Shown here: in pieces, positions 1 through 11,519 of the stretch
Position numbering within the stretch: position 1 is the first letter of the stretch
Layout: each line of letters starts with the position of its first letter
DNA from: Malacoraja senta
Taxonomy: Eukaryota
Direction of reading: 5' to 3'
Length of the DNA: 64,000 nt
NCBI GenBank assembly: GCA_038087875.1
Contig: CM075994.1
Span: forward strand, 11,224,001-11,288,000
Made by a program: the position numbers and the translations under genes
Notes under the pieces: generated by a model
The model's database searches: none
What the model was told of the DNA's origin: nothing
Seen by the model: the letters and a program-made list of their open reading frames with translations, nothing else

Positions 1-435
1 GGGCTCACCGTTTCGGTGCTCATCGAGTCATCGCGGATTTCCGCGTTGGAGAGCCGGGTCGTCGGGTAGCCCCGGATTTTCCGCGATTTCGGCAGATTAC
101 CCGGCAGCGGTAATCTCGCGACTGATCACCGGTGGAGGAATCGCCGCACGCTCGAGGGGCTGACGAGTCTTCCTGTGTCTCCGAACATCGTGCTGCATCC
201 GCCGAGCTACCCGCCGAAACCCCGTGCTGAAAACGCAATTTTGCAATCAACGGGACGAATCTGCCGCCCGCATCCAGAACTCTGAAACTCCAACCCGGCC
301 AGAACGTGTGGATCCATCCCCATAGAAGACTTCAGAGGCAATAGACAATAGGCAATAGGTGCAGGAGTAGGCCATTCGGCCCTTCGCGTCAGCGCCGCCA
401 TTCAATATGATCATGGCTGATCATCCACAATCAGT

Positions 436-1383
436 GGATGTAGTGTATCTAGACGTTCAGAAAGCCTTTGATAAGGTCCCGCACGGGAGACTGGTGACTA
501 AAATTGGTGCACATGGTATTGGGGGTAGGGTGTTGACGTGGATAGAAAATTGGTTGGCAGACAGGAAGCAAAGAGTAGGAGTGAACGGGTCCTTTTCAGA
601 ATGGCAGGCAGTGGCGAGTGGAGTGCCACAAGGCTCGGTGTTGGGGCGGCAACTGTTTACCATATATATTAATGATTTCGAAGAGGGAATTAGGAGCAAC
701 ACTAGCAGGTTTGCGGATGACACAAAGCTGGGTGGCAGTTTGAACTGTGAAGAGGATGTTCAGTATAGGAGTAGAGAGGTTCTTCTGCAGTTGTATAGGG
801 CTCTGGTAAGACCACATCTGGTGTATTGCGTACAGTTTTGGTCGCCTAATTTGAGGAAGGACATCCTTGTGATTGAGGCAGTGCAGTGTAGGTTCACGGG
901 ATTGATCCCTGGGATAGCGGGACTGTCATATGAGGAAAGATTGAAAAGACTAGGCTTGTATTCACTGGTGTTTAGAAGGATGAGGGGGGATCTTATGGAA
1001 ACATATAAAAATTATTAAAGGACTGGACAAGCTAGATGCAGGAAAAATGTTCCCAATGTTGGGCGAATCCAGAACCAGGGCCACAGTCTTAGAATAATGG
1101 GGAGGCCATTTAAGACTGAGGTGAGAAAAAACTTTTTCACCCAGAGAGTTGTGAATTTGTGGAATTCCCTGCCACAGATGGCAGTGGAGGCTAAATCACT
1201 GGATGGATTTAAGGGAGAGTTAGATAGAGCTCTAGGGGCTAGTGGAATCAAGGGATATGGGGGGAAGGCAGGCAAGGGTTATTGATTGGGGACGATCAGC
1301 CATGATCGCAATGAATGGCGGTGCTGGCTCGAAGGGCCGAATGGTCTCCTCCTGCACCTATTTTCTATGTTTCTATGTTTCTA
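436..1383 (+). mobile_element. 5'-truncated CR1 LINE (RT C-terminus, internally deleted), nested in the 3' UTR of the minus-strand CR1
   Basis: ORF 407-1018 has GVPQGSVLG and FADDTKLGG fused directly to QYRSREVLL, which marks the deletion. Tail is (tttctatg)n. Confidence 0.85.
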
Positions 1384-2145
1384 GCACCCCGTTCCTGCTT
1401 TCTCTCCTTATCCCCTGACTCTGCTATCTTTAAGAGATCTATCTAATTCTCTCTTGAAAGTATCCGGAGAACCGGCCTCCCACCGCATTCTGTGGCAGAG
1501 AATTCCACAGACTCAACTCAAAAGTTTCCTCATCTCCGTTCTAAATAGCTTACTACTTATTCTTAAACTGTGGCCCTTGGTTCTGGACCCCCCCCCCCAC
1601 CCTCCAACATCGGGAACATGTTTCCTGCCTCTAGCGGGTGCAAACTCTTAATAATCAGATAAGTTTCAATAAGATCCCCTTAAATCCTTCTAAATTCCAC
1701 AGTATACAAGCCCAGCCGCACAATTCTATCAGCATATGACAGTCCCGCTATCCCGGGAATTAACTTTGTGAACCTACGCTGCACTCCCTTAATAGCAAGA
1801 ATGTCATTCCTCCAATTTGGAGACCAAAACTGCACACAATACTCCAGGTGTGGTCTCACTAGGGCCCTGTACAACTGCAGAAGGACCTCTTTGCTCCTAC
1901 ACTCAACTCCCCTTGTTATGAAGGCCAATATGCCATTCGCTTTCCCCATTGCCTGCTGTACCTGCATGCTTACTTTTATTGACTTATGAACAAGGACCCC
2001 CAGATCCCGTTGTACTACCCCTTTTCTCCAACTTGAGAGAATTTAGATAATAATCTGCCTACCTGTTGTTGCTTATCAAAGTGGATAACCTCACATTTAT
2101 CCACATTACCCACTCATCCAACCTGTCCAAGTCAGCCTGCATTCT

Positions 2146-2229
2146 GCTGGCACATTCCGCAGGCATTGTCACTTTTCATTTCACTGCACATCTCGTATGC
2201 GTATGTGACAAATATACTTGACGACGTGA
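2146..2229 (+). mobile_element. Short LINE/SINE 3'-tail insertion
   Basis: Flanked by a 'cattct' direct repeat (2140-2145 and 2230-2235); ends gtgacaaata..cttgac. Confidence 0.5.
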
Positions 2230-3199
2230 CATTCTCATAGCATCCTCCTTACAGTTCCTCTTTTCCAACTTGACACAATTTAGATTCAAGATTCAAGATT
2301 CAAGATTCAAGATTTCTGCCTTCCTATTTTTGCTACCAAAGTGGATATTCTCACATTTATCCACATTAAACTTCATCTGCCATGCATTTTCCCACTCACC
2401 CAACCTGTCCAAGTCACCCTGCATCCTCCTCACATTTCACACTGCCACCCTGCTTTGTGTCATCTGCAAATTTGCTAATGTTACTTGTAATCCCTTCATC
2501 AAAATCATTAATGTAAATGGCTGTTTCCCAGCACCAAGCCTTGCGGTACCTCCAATAGTCACTGCCTGCCATTCTGAAAGAGACCCATTAATCCCTACTC
2601 TTTGTTTCCTGCCTGTCAACCAATTTTCTATGCATGTCAGCACTCTACACCCAATACCTTTTGCCCTAATTTTGCCCACTAATCTCCTATGTGGGACTTT
2701 ATCAAATGCATTCTGAAAGTCCAGGTACACTACATCCACTGGCTCTGCCTTGTCCATTTCCTAGTTGTCAGGCTAACTGGTCTATAATTCCCTGTTTTCT
2801 CTCTCCCGCCTTTCTTAAAAAGTGGGATAACATTAGCTTCCCTGATCCTGAATCTATAGAGCATTGGAAAATGATCACCAATGCGTCCACGGTTTCTAGA
2901 GCATTTCCTTAAGTACCCTGGGATGCAGACCATCAGGCCCTTGGGATTTATCAGCCTTCAGTCCCATCAGTCTACCCAACACCATTTCCCGCCTAATGTG
3001 GATTTTCTTCAGTTCCTCCGTCACCTCAGATCCCCTGGCCACTAGTACATCAGGAAGATTGTTTGTGTTCTCATTAGTGAAGACGGATCCAAAGCATCTG
3101 TTCAACTCATCTGCCATTTCTTTGTTCCCCATAATAAATTCACCCTTTTGAGTCTTCAAGGGTCCAAATTTGGTCCTAACTATTTTTTTCCTCTTCACA

Positions 3200-3583
3200 T
3201 CTATATAACTAAAAGTCTCATCTTGACCACTTCCTGTCTGCGCTGTATATTGATTTTAGAAAAAACGTTACCATATATCGCTATGATTTTTGGTCATCTT
3301 ACTCACAGTCCTCCTCCGCTGAGACAGCCTCGAGGATTTTTCCGATCGATGAAAAATTAAAAATCTTGAGATCAGCTGATTGGTCCTCTCGCCTGTCAAT
3401 CACCATGATGAAGGTAACGTCCCTTCCGGGGGGGGAGGCAGAACTATAAAACCCCGGAAGCCTGGACGCGAGTCAGTCACTCTGGAAGATCGCGAGGGAG
3501 AGGCCACAATTGTGATTCTCAGCTGTGAATAAACGGAACTGTGTGTGTGCAATGTACTTGCAATAAATGATTTGTTAGCCGTT
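3200..3583 (+). mobile_element. Non-autonomous Helitron copy A, 5' part
   Basis: A|TCTATATAACTAAAAG 5' terminus inserted at an A^T site of the CR1. Homologous to the 5' ends at 19060 and 34079 (minus strand). Confidence 0.75.
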
Positions 3584-3886
3584 AACCGTTTGCAGTGCAG
3601 CATTTCAAAGCAGTTACCACCACCAACAACCGTTTGCAGTGCAGCATTTCAAAACGGCTACCACCAGCAGCAACCGTTTGCAGTGCAGCATTTCAAAGCA
3701 CTTACCACCACCAACAACCATTTGCAGTGCAGCATTTCAAAGCAGTTACACCACCAACAAACGTTTGCAGTGCAGCATTTCAAAGCAACCACATTTTCAT
3801 TTTCAAACCACATTAAGGGCACTCACAGTTGAGTAGACATGTATTCAGTGTCATTCACAGCTCAGAGAGACGTGACCTTTCGCTTC
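3584..3886 (-). mobile_element. Helitron internal segment with 44-bp tandem repeats (inverted piece of copy B)
   Basis: Reverse complement of the 44-bp array at 6388-6625. 3830-3886 resembles the reverse complement of 6900-6975. Confidence 0.65.
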
Positions 3887-6184
3887 ATATTGTGAAAAAA
3901 GTGTCTTGTGAGAAATGTGCCTCGTGAGAAAAGTGTCTGACTTTGGCTCGAGAGTCTTCGGCGAGGAGATTGAGGAGAGGAGATTACGCCAAAAGTTGGA
4001 GAGGACGGGATGCGGTGAACACATGACGGGTAAGCTGATTCAGTGTGAGGCTTGGAGGATGTGGGAGGTCAGAGACACTGATGGTGCCTCTGTCTGCTAC
4101 AACTGTGGTAAGTGTGCCAAGGTTCAGCTCCTGAAGGCCCGCGTTGGGGCACTGGGGAAGCAGCTGGATGACCTCAGGGCCATCCGATGTAACGAGAGTT
4201 TCGTGGATAAGACCAACAGTGAGATTGAGACGCCTAGGCTACAGGAAGAGCGAAGGTGGGTGACTGTGAGAACGAGGAGTAAGCGTAGAGTGCAGTAGAC
4301 CCAGGTGGCTGTGTGAATGGAAACCTAATGAAAACAGGCACACCCTTTTGGAAGCTGTCGGGGCGGGCGACGCTTCCAGTCCGACAGGTGGACAGGTCGG
4401 TGGCTCTAACCCAAGCGATGAGATTCGACCGGCGAGACCGACGTCGGGGAGAGCTATAGTGGTGGGTGACTCCATTGTCCGAGGTACGGACTGGAGATTC
4501 TGTTGCGGCAGCCGAGGCTGGAGGATGGGCTGTTACCTCCATGGTGACAGGGTTAAAGAGATCACAGACCGACTTCAGAACATCCTCGAGAGGGAAGTTG
4601 GACAACCGGTAGCAGTTGTGCACGTGGGCACAAACGACATCGTGAGGAAGAGGAAGGAGTTTCTGCAACGCAAGTTTAGAGAGTTAGGAAGAAGATTGAA
4701 AAGCAGGACTTCTGGGGTGGTTATCTCTGGATTGCTTCCAGTACACGTGCTAGTGAGGGCTGGAACAGGGAGATAGGGGACCTGAATGAGTGGCTGGGGA
4801 TTGGTGCAGGGAGCAACGATAATGCTTTATAGACCACTGGGATCTCTTCTGGGGTAGGGGTGACCCGTAGAATAGGGACGGGTTACACCTTAACTGGAGG
4901 GGGACCAACGTTGTGACAGGCAGGTTTGCTAGTGGTACACGTGTGGGTTTAAACTAAATAGTGGGGGGACGGATTGACAAATTGGGAGTATAAAGATGGA
5001 GTTAAAGGGAAAGCGAGCACAGGAAAAGTTACAAAAGACTCCAGGAGTAATGGGAAGGAAAGTTCGAGACGGATTAAGGTCAGGGCCAATATTGACCGGT
5101 GTGAAAGGGGAGGTGAATACTGAAGTCAAAGTGTTGTTTATGAGTGCGCGAAGTATTTGAAATAAAGTGGATGAGCTTGAGGCTCAGTTAGAAATTAGCA
5201 AGTATGATGTTGTGGGAATGGTTGCAAGAGGACCAGGGCTGGGAACTGAATATTCAAGGATAGACGTCCTATCGAAAAGACTGACAGGTGGGTAGAGGGG
5301 GTGGGGTAACTCTGCTGGTGAGGAATGACATTCAGTCCCTTGAGAGGGGTGACATGAAATCAGAAGATACAGAGTCAGTATGGATAGAACTGAGGAATTG
5401 TAAGTGTAAAAAGACCCTAATGGGAAATATCTACTTACCCCCAAACAGTAGCCTGGATATAGGGTGCAAATTGAATCAAGCGTTAAAATTGGCATTTCGT
5501 AAAGAGAATACTACGGTTGTTATGAGAGATTTCAACATGCAGGTAGACTGGGTAAATGAGATTAGTAATGGACCCCAAGAAAGGGAGTTTGTGGAGTGCC
5601 TCCGTGATGGATTCTTAGAGCAGCTTGTACTGGAGCCTATCAGGGAGAAGGGAATTCTGGATTTAGTGTTGTGTAATGAACCGGATTTGATAAAGGAACT
5701 TGAGGTTAAGGAGCCATTAGGAGGAAATGACCATAATATGATAAATTTTAATCTACAATTTGAGAGGGAGAAGGGTAAATCGAAGGTGTCAGTATTACAG
5801 TTGAACAAAGGGGACTATGGAGCCATGAGGGAGGAGCTGGCCAAAGTTGACTGGATAGATACCCTAGCAGGGATGACAGTGGGACAACAATGGCAGGTAT
5901 TTCTGGGAATAATACAGAAGGTGCAGGATCAGTTCATTCCAAAGAGGAAGAAAGATTTCAGGTGCCGCAAGGGGCGACCGTGGCTGACAAGGGAAGTCAG
6001 GGACAGTATAAACATGAAAGCGAAGAAGTACAGCATAGCAAAGATGAGCGGGAAGCCAGAGGACTGGGTAACCTTTCAAGAGCAACAGAAGAAAAATAAA
6101 AAAGGCAATACGGAGAGAAAACATGAGGTACGAAGGTAAGCTAGCCAAGAATATAAAGGAGGATAGTAAAATTTTATTTCGGTA
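3887..6184 (+). mobile_element. CR1 LINE 5' half: ORF1 (Cys-rich region, coiled coil, SGNH esterase) and ORF2 endonuclease, frameshifted
   Basis: QCEAWRMWEV..CYNCGKC; esterase motifs IVVGDSIVRG and VVHVGTND; APE motifs GRGGGV, DFN, ILDLVL, GNDHN. Confidence 0.9.
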
Positions 6185-6386
6185 CAAGACAAAATGGGAC
6201 CCGTTGGGCCATTGGGGGGTGGGATTCTGGAGCGATAGTATGGGTGTTGTGGGCCGAATGGACTGGTTTCCAGGGCTAGTATGGACATTGTCTGCCGAAT
6301 AGATTATTAGGCTGGCAGCTCAATCACTCAGGCCTGGTGTGCTGGCAGCGCAGTCACTCAGGCCTGGTGGGCTGGCAGCTCCGTCC
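6185..6386 (-). mobile_element. Helitron copy A, 3' part (degenerate terminus)
   Basis: A|caagacaaaatgggacccgttgg is a decayed form of A|CTAGACTAAGTGGGACCCGTTGG, as seen at 9697 and 29691. Confidence 0.7.
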
Positions 6387-6387
6387 C

Positions 6388-6625
6388 GGTTGTTGGTGGT
6401 GGTAACTGCTTTGAAATGCTGCACTGCAAACGGTTGTTGGTGGTGGTAAGTGCTTTGAAATGCTCCACTGCTAACGGTTGTTGGTGGTGGTAACTGCTTT
6501 GAAATGCTGCACTGCAAACGGTTGTTGGTGGTGGTAACTGCTTTGAAATGCTGCACTGCAAACGGATGTTGGTGGTGGTAACTGCTTTGAAATGCTGCAC
6601 TGCAAACGGTTGTTGTTGGTGGCAA
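6388..6625 (+). repeat. 44-bp tandem repeat, about 5 units
   Basis: Unit ggttgttggtggtggtaactgctttgaaatgctgcactgcaaac. Confidence 0.9.
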
Positions 6626-7021
6626 TCGGTTAACTTCCTGTTTGCACTGTATATTGATTTTGGATAAAACGCTACCACTTACGGCTGTGATTTTTGGCCA
6701 TCTTACTCAGTCCCCCTCCGCTCATCAGGTGCAGAGGATTCTTTCCATCAATTAAAAATAATAGTGTTATTAGTGTTTAAAAAATTGTTGAGAATCTCTC
6801 TCCTGTCAATCACGCCATGAAAGCCACGCTCCTTCTGGTGGGAGGGGAGAGGGATTATAAAACCCGGAAGTATGGGTGTGGCTCAGTCTCTGCAAGATGG
6901 GGAGGAGAGGTCACGACTCTGTCTGAGCTGTGAATCAACTGAACACACTGAATGTCCACTGAACTGTGAGTGTGGTGTTTATGTGGTGTTTAGTGTGGTT
7001 TTATGGTGGTTTTATGGTGGT

Positions 7022-7712
7022 TTCACCCTGCTTGAAATGGTATGAAACTGCATTTGAATGTGGTGGCCTTGCATCTTGCATGAAATGGTATGAAACTGCA
7101 TTTTAATTTGGTTGTCTTGCACCCTGCATGAAATGGTGTGAAACTGGACTTGAATTTGGTGGCCTTGCACCCTGATTGAAATGGTATGAAATTGCACTTC
7201 AATTTGGTTGTCTTGCACCCTGCTTGAAGTGGTATGAAATGCACTTGAATTTGGTGGCCTTCCACCCTGCTTGAAATGGCATTAAACAGCGCTAGCATTT
7301 GGTGGCCTTGCACCCTGCTTGAAGTGGCATGAAACTGCACTTGAGTTTGGTGGCCCTGCACCTCGCTTGAAGTGGTAGGAAACTGTACTTGAGTTTGGTG
7401 GCCCTGCACCCTGCTTGAAGTGGTATGAAACTACACTTGAATTCGGTGGACTTGCACCCTGCTTGAAGTGGTTGGAAACTGCGCTTGAATTCGGTGGCCT
7501 TGCACCTTGCTTGAAGTGGTAGGAAACTGCACTTGAATTCGTTGGCCTTGCATCCTGCTTGAAGTGGTAGGAAACTGCACCTGAATTTGGTGGCCTTGCA
7601 CCCTGCTTGAAGTGGTATGAAACTGCAATTGAATTTGGTGGCCTTGCACCCTGCTTGAAATGGTAGGAAACTGCATTTGAATTTGGTGGCCTTGCACCCT
7701 GCTTGAAATGGA
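7022..7712 (+). repeat. 48-bp tandem repeat, about 14 units
   Basis: Unit gcttgaagtggtaggaaactgcacttgaatttggtggccttgcaccct. Explains the 16-aa periodic ORFs in the track. Confidence 0.9.
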
Positions 7713-7811
7713 ATTTCAAGGAATAGCCGTGAGTTAACTGCTCGCCCACCAACCGTGAGTGAGTTGCCCTCCCGTGTGAACATGGGACCCAACGGGTCCC
7801 ACTTAGTCTAG

Positions 7812-8287
7812 TATTGTTATATATGTCCACTACGCATGAAAAAAGAGATACACTTTCCAGATGTTGGATGTGTACACGTGTGCCCATGCAATTAAGAGGA
7901 GATATTCCCCTTAAGATTATCGCTTTGAACGTTTCGGAAATGGTCGAGTGGTACATGCCCCAGAACCATTCCCACCTGCTTGTATGTCTACCATAAGGAA
8001 CGTTGCAAATACAAGCCCAAATACAACCGTTCCTACTGTTCCTCGTTCTAGGCCATTCTGGGCCCTTTAGTGAAAGAAGGCAAGAAGTGGAATTTGCCAT
8101 GTCAGGCAATATAGCGGGTCCCGAAAGTACGGAACGCTTTGTGCAGTCGAAATCTCAATGTCTTTGACAGTACACGTGTGGGCTTCAGTCACATTACGGC
8201 TCGAAACCGTTCAACTGGATACCCTTTTCAGGACAACTGTTTTCCCCTTTCGGTAGAATCCTTGAGTGCTTGCAATAGTACCTATTT
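7812..8287 (+). pseudogene. env: Endogenous retrovirus env, SU N-terminal and central part
   Basis: LLYMS..TLSR-CWMC-TRVPMQLRGDIPL..LNVSEMVEWY, with the CWxC motif at 7862-7873. Ends in ..LSACNSTYF. Contains stops and frameshifts. Confidence 0.8.
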
Positions 8288-9327
8288 TAGCAATGTTAAA
8301 AGATTTTGAGATTTTAAAAATAAAGTCTGCAATTTATCCCATCAGATAAAGCATAAAAAGAAGTTTAATTTGACACCTAATTCACTTTCATACCTTCAGT
8401 ATTAAAGAAGTTATGGCCATTTTCATACGCGGAAATTAGCATCTTGTTCCCTATTGCTTTTCCATTGACTTAACACAAAAGCTGTGATCGAGGACAGTCA
8501 AAAGCCCATAACTTTCTTAAAAATTAAGATAACTGAAAGACATTTTCAGTTATTATAGATTGAAGCATTCTGAAACAAATATGAAACAATTTTACTTAGA
8601 AGACATGAAAGTAAAGCATATAATTAGTTAGTTACCTAATTGTAGCTAATTACAAAATGCAATTACTAGATCTAAACATCTATCAATTTCTCAAGAATAG
8701 ATTAACATTTTTAAATAGCCTAAGTGTCCAAATAACATTCACACAATAATTCACAATATAACATAATTTTTAAATCTCATTTTCATGAATTTACAGGCCA
8801 AATGGAAGGAATTGAATGTTTAATACCTGTAAATTAATGGGCATTTAATTCATCTTGTGAGTGTGGATTTCTGGAACGCGATCTTTTGGAACGTTCATTT
8901 GCGGTGAATTTAACCCGTATTGGCATGAAAAATACTGCCGTTAATTCGGGGAATAAAATCACCGTGACGCATGAAAAAATGTGAATTAAAGGCTTCTTAA
9001 GAAGCACTTTTATACATTTAAAGAAACCACTTTCGTTTACCTGTCCCGTGTGTGAAATCCGTCCCCGTTATCGGCGTTGACGCTTCAGGAGCTGCTTTTA
9101 AAATTACTCCAGCGCTGACATTGACGATTTAATAAAAATAAAAAATACACAAATCGCCACTAGGAACGATTCTTCAGCCAGCGCTTGTACTCCAACAAAA
9201 TATTAACCAGGACAAGGGAGGAGAAACCCGCGTTTTAACCCCGCCCCCCCTTAAAGGCGCCAAAATCGCGCACACGGCCAGTGGCAGAATTACAGCGCGA
9301 CTGAAGGTAAGTTTTGTAACATACCTA
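8288..9327. mobile_element. About 1.04-kb non-autonomous TIR DNA transposon (hAT-like termini), copy 1
   Basis: Imperfect TIRs TAGCAATGTTAAAA / TTTTGTAACATACCTA. Flanking direct repeat cctattt (8281-8287 and 9328-9334). An inverted second copy lies at 27345-28386. Confidence 0.85.
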
Positions 9328-9334
9328 CCTATTT

Positions 9335-9696
9335 TGTCTACGTTCCCTGTTTGCCCCAGGATAGTTGAGGCTCCTATTGTTTCCCTCATTTTGTTTATAT
9401 TATTCGGCACTATAAGTCCTTATCCCAAATGTACTCTCAGTCAACATGGAAAGGTTCTTTGCTCTTGCATTTCCTTGCCAGGGCATGGTAAAGGGTGAGA
9501 GAGAGAGCATCAATATAGCCTCTGCGTGAGTAAAGGTTACTAATTTCACTGCCCTAGCCTTGGAAGAAATTACTGCGGAGGAGGTGGTCATCCGGACAAT
9601 TGCTCAGCAAAACAGAATGGATTTGTATATCCTCCCAGCAGAAAACGTGAGAACTGAATACGTGATGGAATCTGAATGGTGTAATTATATCCCAGA
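9335..9696 (+). pseudogene. env: Endogenous retrovirus env, SU C-terminus plus TM ectodomain
   Basis: PCLPQDS*GSY..IIRH; decayed furin site (YPKC); fusion peptide ERFFALAFPCQG; heptad LEEITAEEVVIRTIA; ISD QQNRMDLYILPAE; CX6CC remnant ..ESEWCNYIPD. Confidence 0.85.
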
Positions 9697-10069
9697 CTGG
9701 ACTAAGTAGGGACCCGTTGGGTCCCAGCATCACATGGGATGGCTGGTCACCCAACGCAATATTCCACCTCTCCACCAATTCCAATATTGCTGGCCAGTGG
9801 GGGGGAGGGGGGCTTTCTGTTGCGCTAGTATGGGTGTCGTGGGCCGAAGGTACTGGTGTCCAGAGGGCTAGTATGGACATTGTGGGCCGAATGGCCTCAT
9901 GGGCTGGCAGCTCAGTCGCTGAGGCCAGGCAGCTCAGTCACTGAGGCCTGGCAGTACACTCACTCAGACCTGGCAGGCTGGCAGCTGAGAAACTGTCAGA
10001 AATTCTGCCCAATACAGGTGACAGACTCTGTGAGAAAGAAGGGGGAGAGGGTGGACTGAATGTAATATT

Positions 10070-10475
10070 GGGCTGGCAGTTCAGTCACTTACGGCTGGTG
10101 GTCTGGCAGTTCACTTACTCACGGGTGATGGGCTGGCAGTGCACTCACTCACGGCCGATGGGCTGGCAGTGCAGTCACTCACGGCTGGTGGGCTGGCAGT
10201 GCAGGCACTCGCGGTTGGTGGGCTGGCAGTGCAGTCACTCACTGCTGCTGGGCTGGCAGTGTAGTAACTCACGGCTGGTGGGATGGCAGTGCAGGCACTC
10301 ACGGCTGGTGGGCTGGCAGTGCAGTCACTCACGGCTGGTGGGCTGGCAGTGCAGTCACTCACGGTTGGTGCGCTGGCAGTGCAGTCACTCACGGCTGGTG
10401 GGCTGGCAGTGCAGTCACTCACGGCTGGTGGGCTGGCAGTGCAGTCACTCACGCCTGGTACGCTGGCAGTTCACT
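10070..10475. repeat. 30-bp tandem repeat, about 13 units
   Basis: Unit ggctggtgggctggcagtgcagtcactcac. Confidence 0.9.
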
Positions 10476-10789
10476 CAGTCTCCCCTGCTCCCTTCACCCT
10501 CCCACTCTGCTCCTTGCCATTCCCTCCCCCCGCGCCACGCATTCAGTCCATCTCCCCACAACCTCCCCCCATGCACACCCACAGAGCATCCATTCCTGCC
10601 CATTAGGTTCCGATTGTGATGAAGAACACGCAGGCATGAAAAGTGGAAAAAAGATTTATTAAAGTTTAATATGTGAATGACTTTTAAAATATAAGAACAA
10701 TTTAAATGTTAAAGATGAGAATTATTAAGTTCTTTCTTGTAGTGTCTCTTGTTGCTGCTCACTGCGTCTTTATGTGTGTAGACACAACC

Positions 10790-10975
10790 AGACTCACACA
10801 GACACACACAGACACACACAGTCTGTGAATTGAATACGTGATAGGATTTGAATGGTGTAATTATATCCCAGACTAGACTAAGACACACACAGACACACAC
10901 AGACTTACACACACTCACACACACACACACAGACTCACACACACAGACTCACACACAAACACACACAGACTCACT

Positions 10976-11006
<31 letters not shown>

Positions 11007-11016
11007 GCGCACGCAC

Positions 11017-11058
<42 letters not shown>

Positions 11059-11510
11059 GCACACACACACACACAGACTCACACACACACAGCCTCACAC
11101 ACACACAGCCTCACATACACACACTCACACACACACACACGCACAGACTCACACACACACAAACAGACTCACTCACACACTCACACACACTCACACACAA
11201 CCAATACTAAAATGCCAAGGAACTTCAGAACGTGGCGAACATACAGTGTGTAAACCGAATGATTCAAACGTTTAAAGCCTCCTGGTGAGGCTGCTGCTGC
11301 TGAAGCAAAAACGTGCTTTAAATTACGTCCAACAAACACACTCAACATAGACAGAGCAATCAGATCTCTTGAATTATCAACGACGTCTTCACTATGCATT
11401 CTGCAGTCAGCACCATCTTGCCACGAAGAGACTTTACACGAACAGACACACACACACAGACTCACACAGACTCACACAGACTCACACAGACTCATACCGA
11501 CTCACACATA
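10790..11510. repeat. Compound (CA)n/(CACAGACT)n microsatellite with embedded non-repeat segments
   Basis: Directly visible; interrupted at 10826-10882 and 11208-11445. Confidence 0.9.
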
Positions 11511-11519
11511 CCTTCAGTG

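Larger units (their letters stand above)
338..3199 (-). mobile_element. CR1-type LINE, 3' half (RT plus 3' UTR), degenerate and possibly two overlapping copies
   Basis: Minus-strand ORFs read YRPVSLT, VDVVYLDFQNAFDKVPH and [19 protein letters not shown]. The 3' tail (ctattg)n lies at 338-360. The 3' UTR 'caatcagt|accccgttcc' is split by the insert at 436-1383. Confidence 0.85.
6387..7811 (+). mobile_element. Non-autonomous Helitron copy B (composite), intact 3' terminus
   Basis: Hairpin TGGGACCC-aac-GGGTCCCA (7783-7801) followed by cttagtCTAG|T. Contains 44-bp and 48-bp arrays. Confidence 0.8.

Noticed and set aside
3584..7712. 44-bp and 48-bp arrays as CRISPR-like loci
   Set aside because: Head-to-tail units with no unique spacers, no cas genes and a eukaryotic context.
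7282..8109. 275-aa minus-strand ORF as a gene
   Set aside because: It is the antisense of env joined to the stop-free 48-bp array, with no domain signature.
10068..11210. Repetitive ORFs (WQCSHSRLVG)n and poly-HT
   Set aside because: Translations of a 30-bp minisatellite and a CA microsatellite.
11208..11445. Captured host exon inside the Helitron CA tract
   Set aside because: No clear splice sites. The minus frame (..GRNLKH..YTLYVRHVLKF) looks at best like a decayed LINE RT C-terminus.
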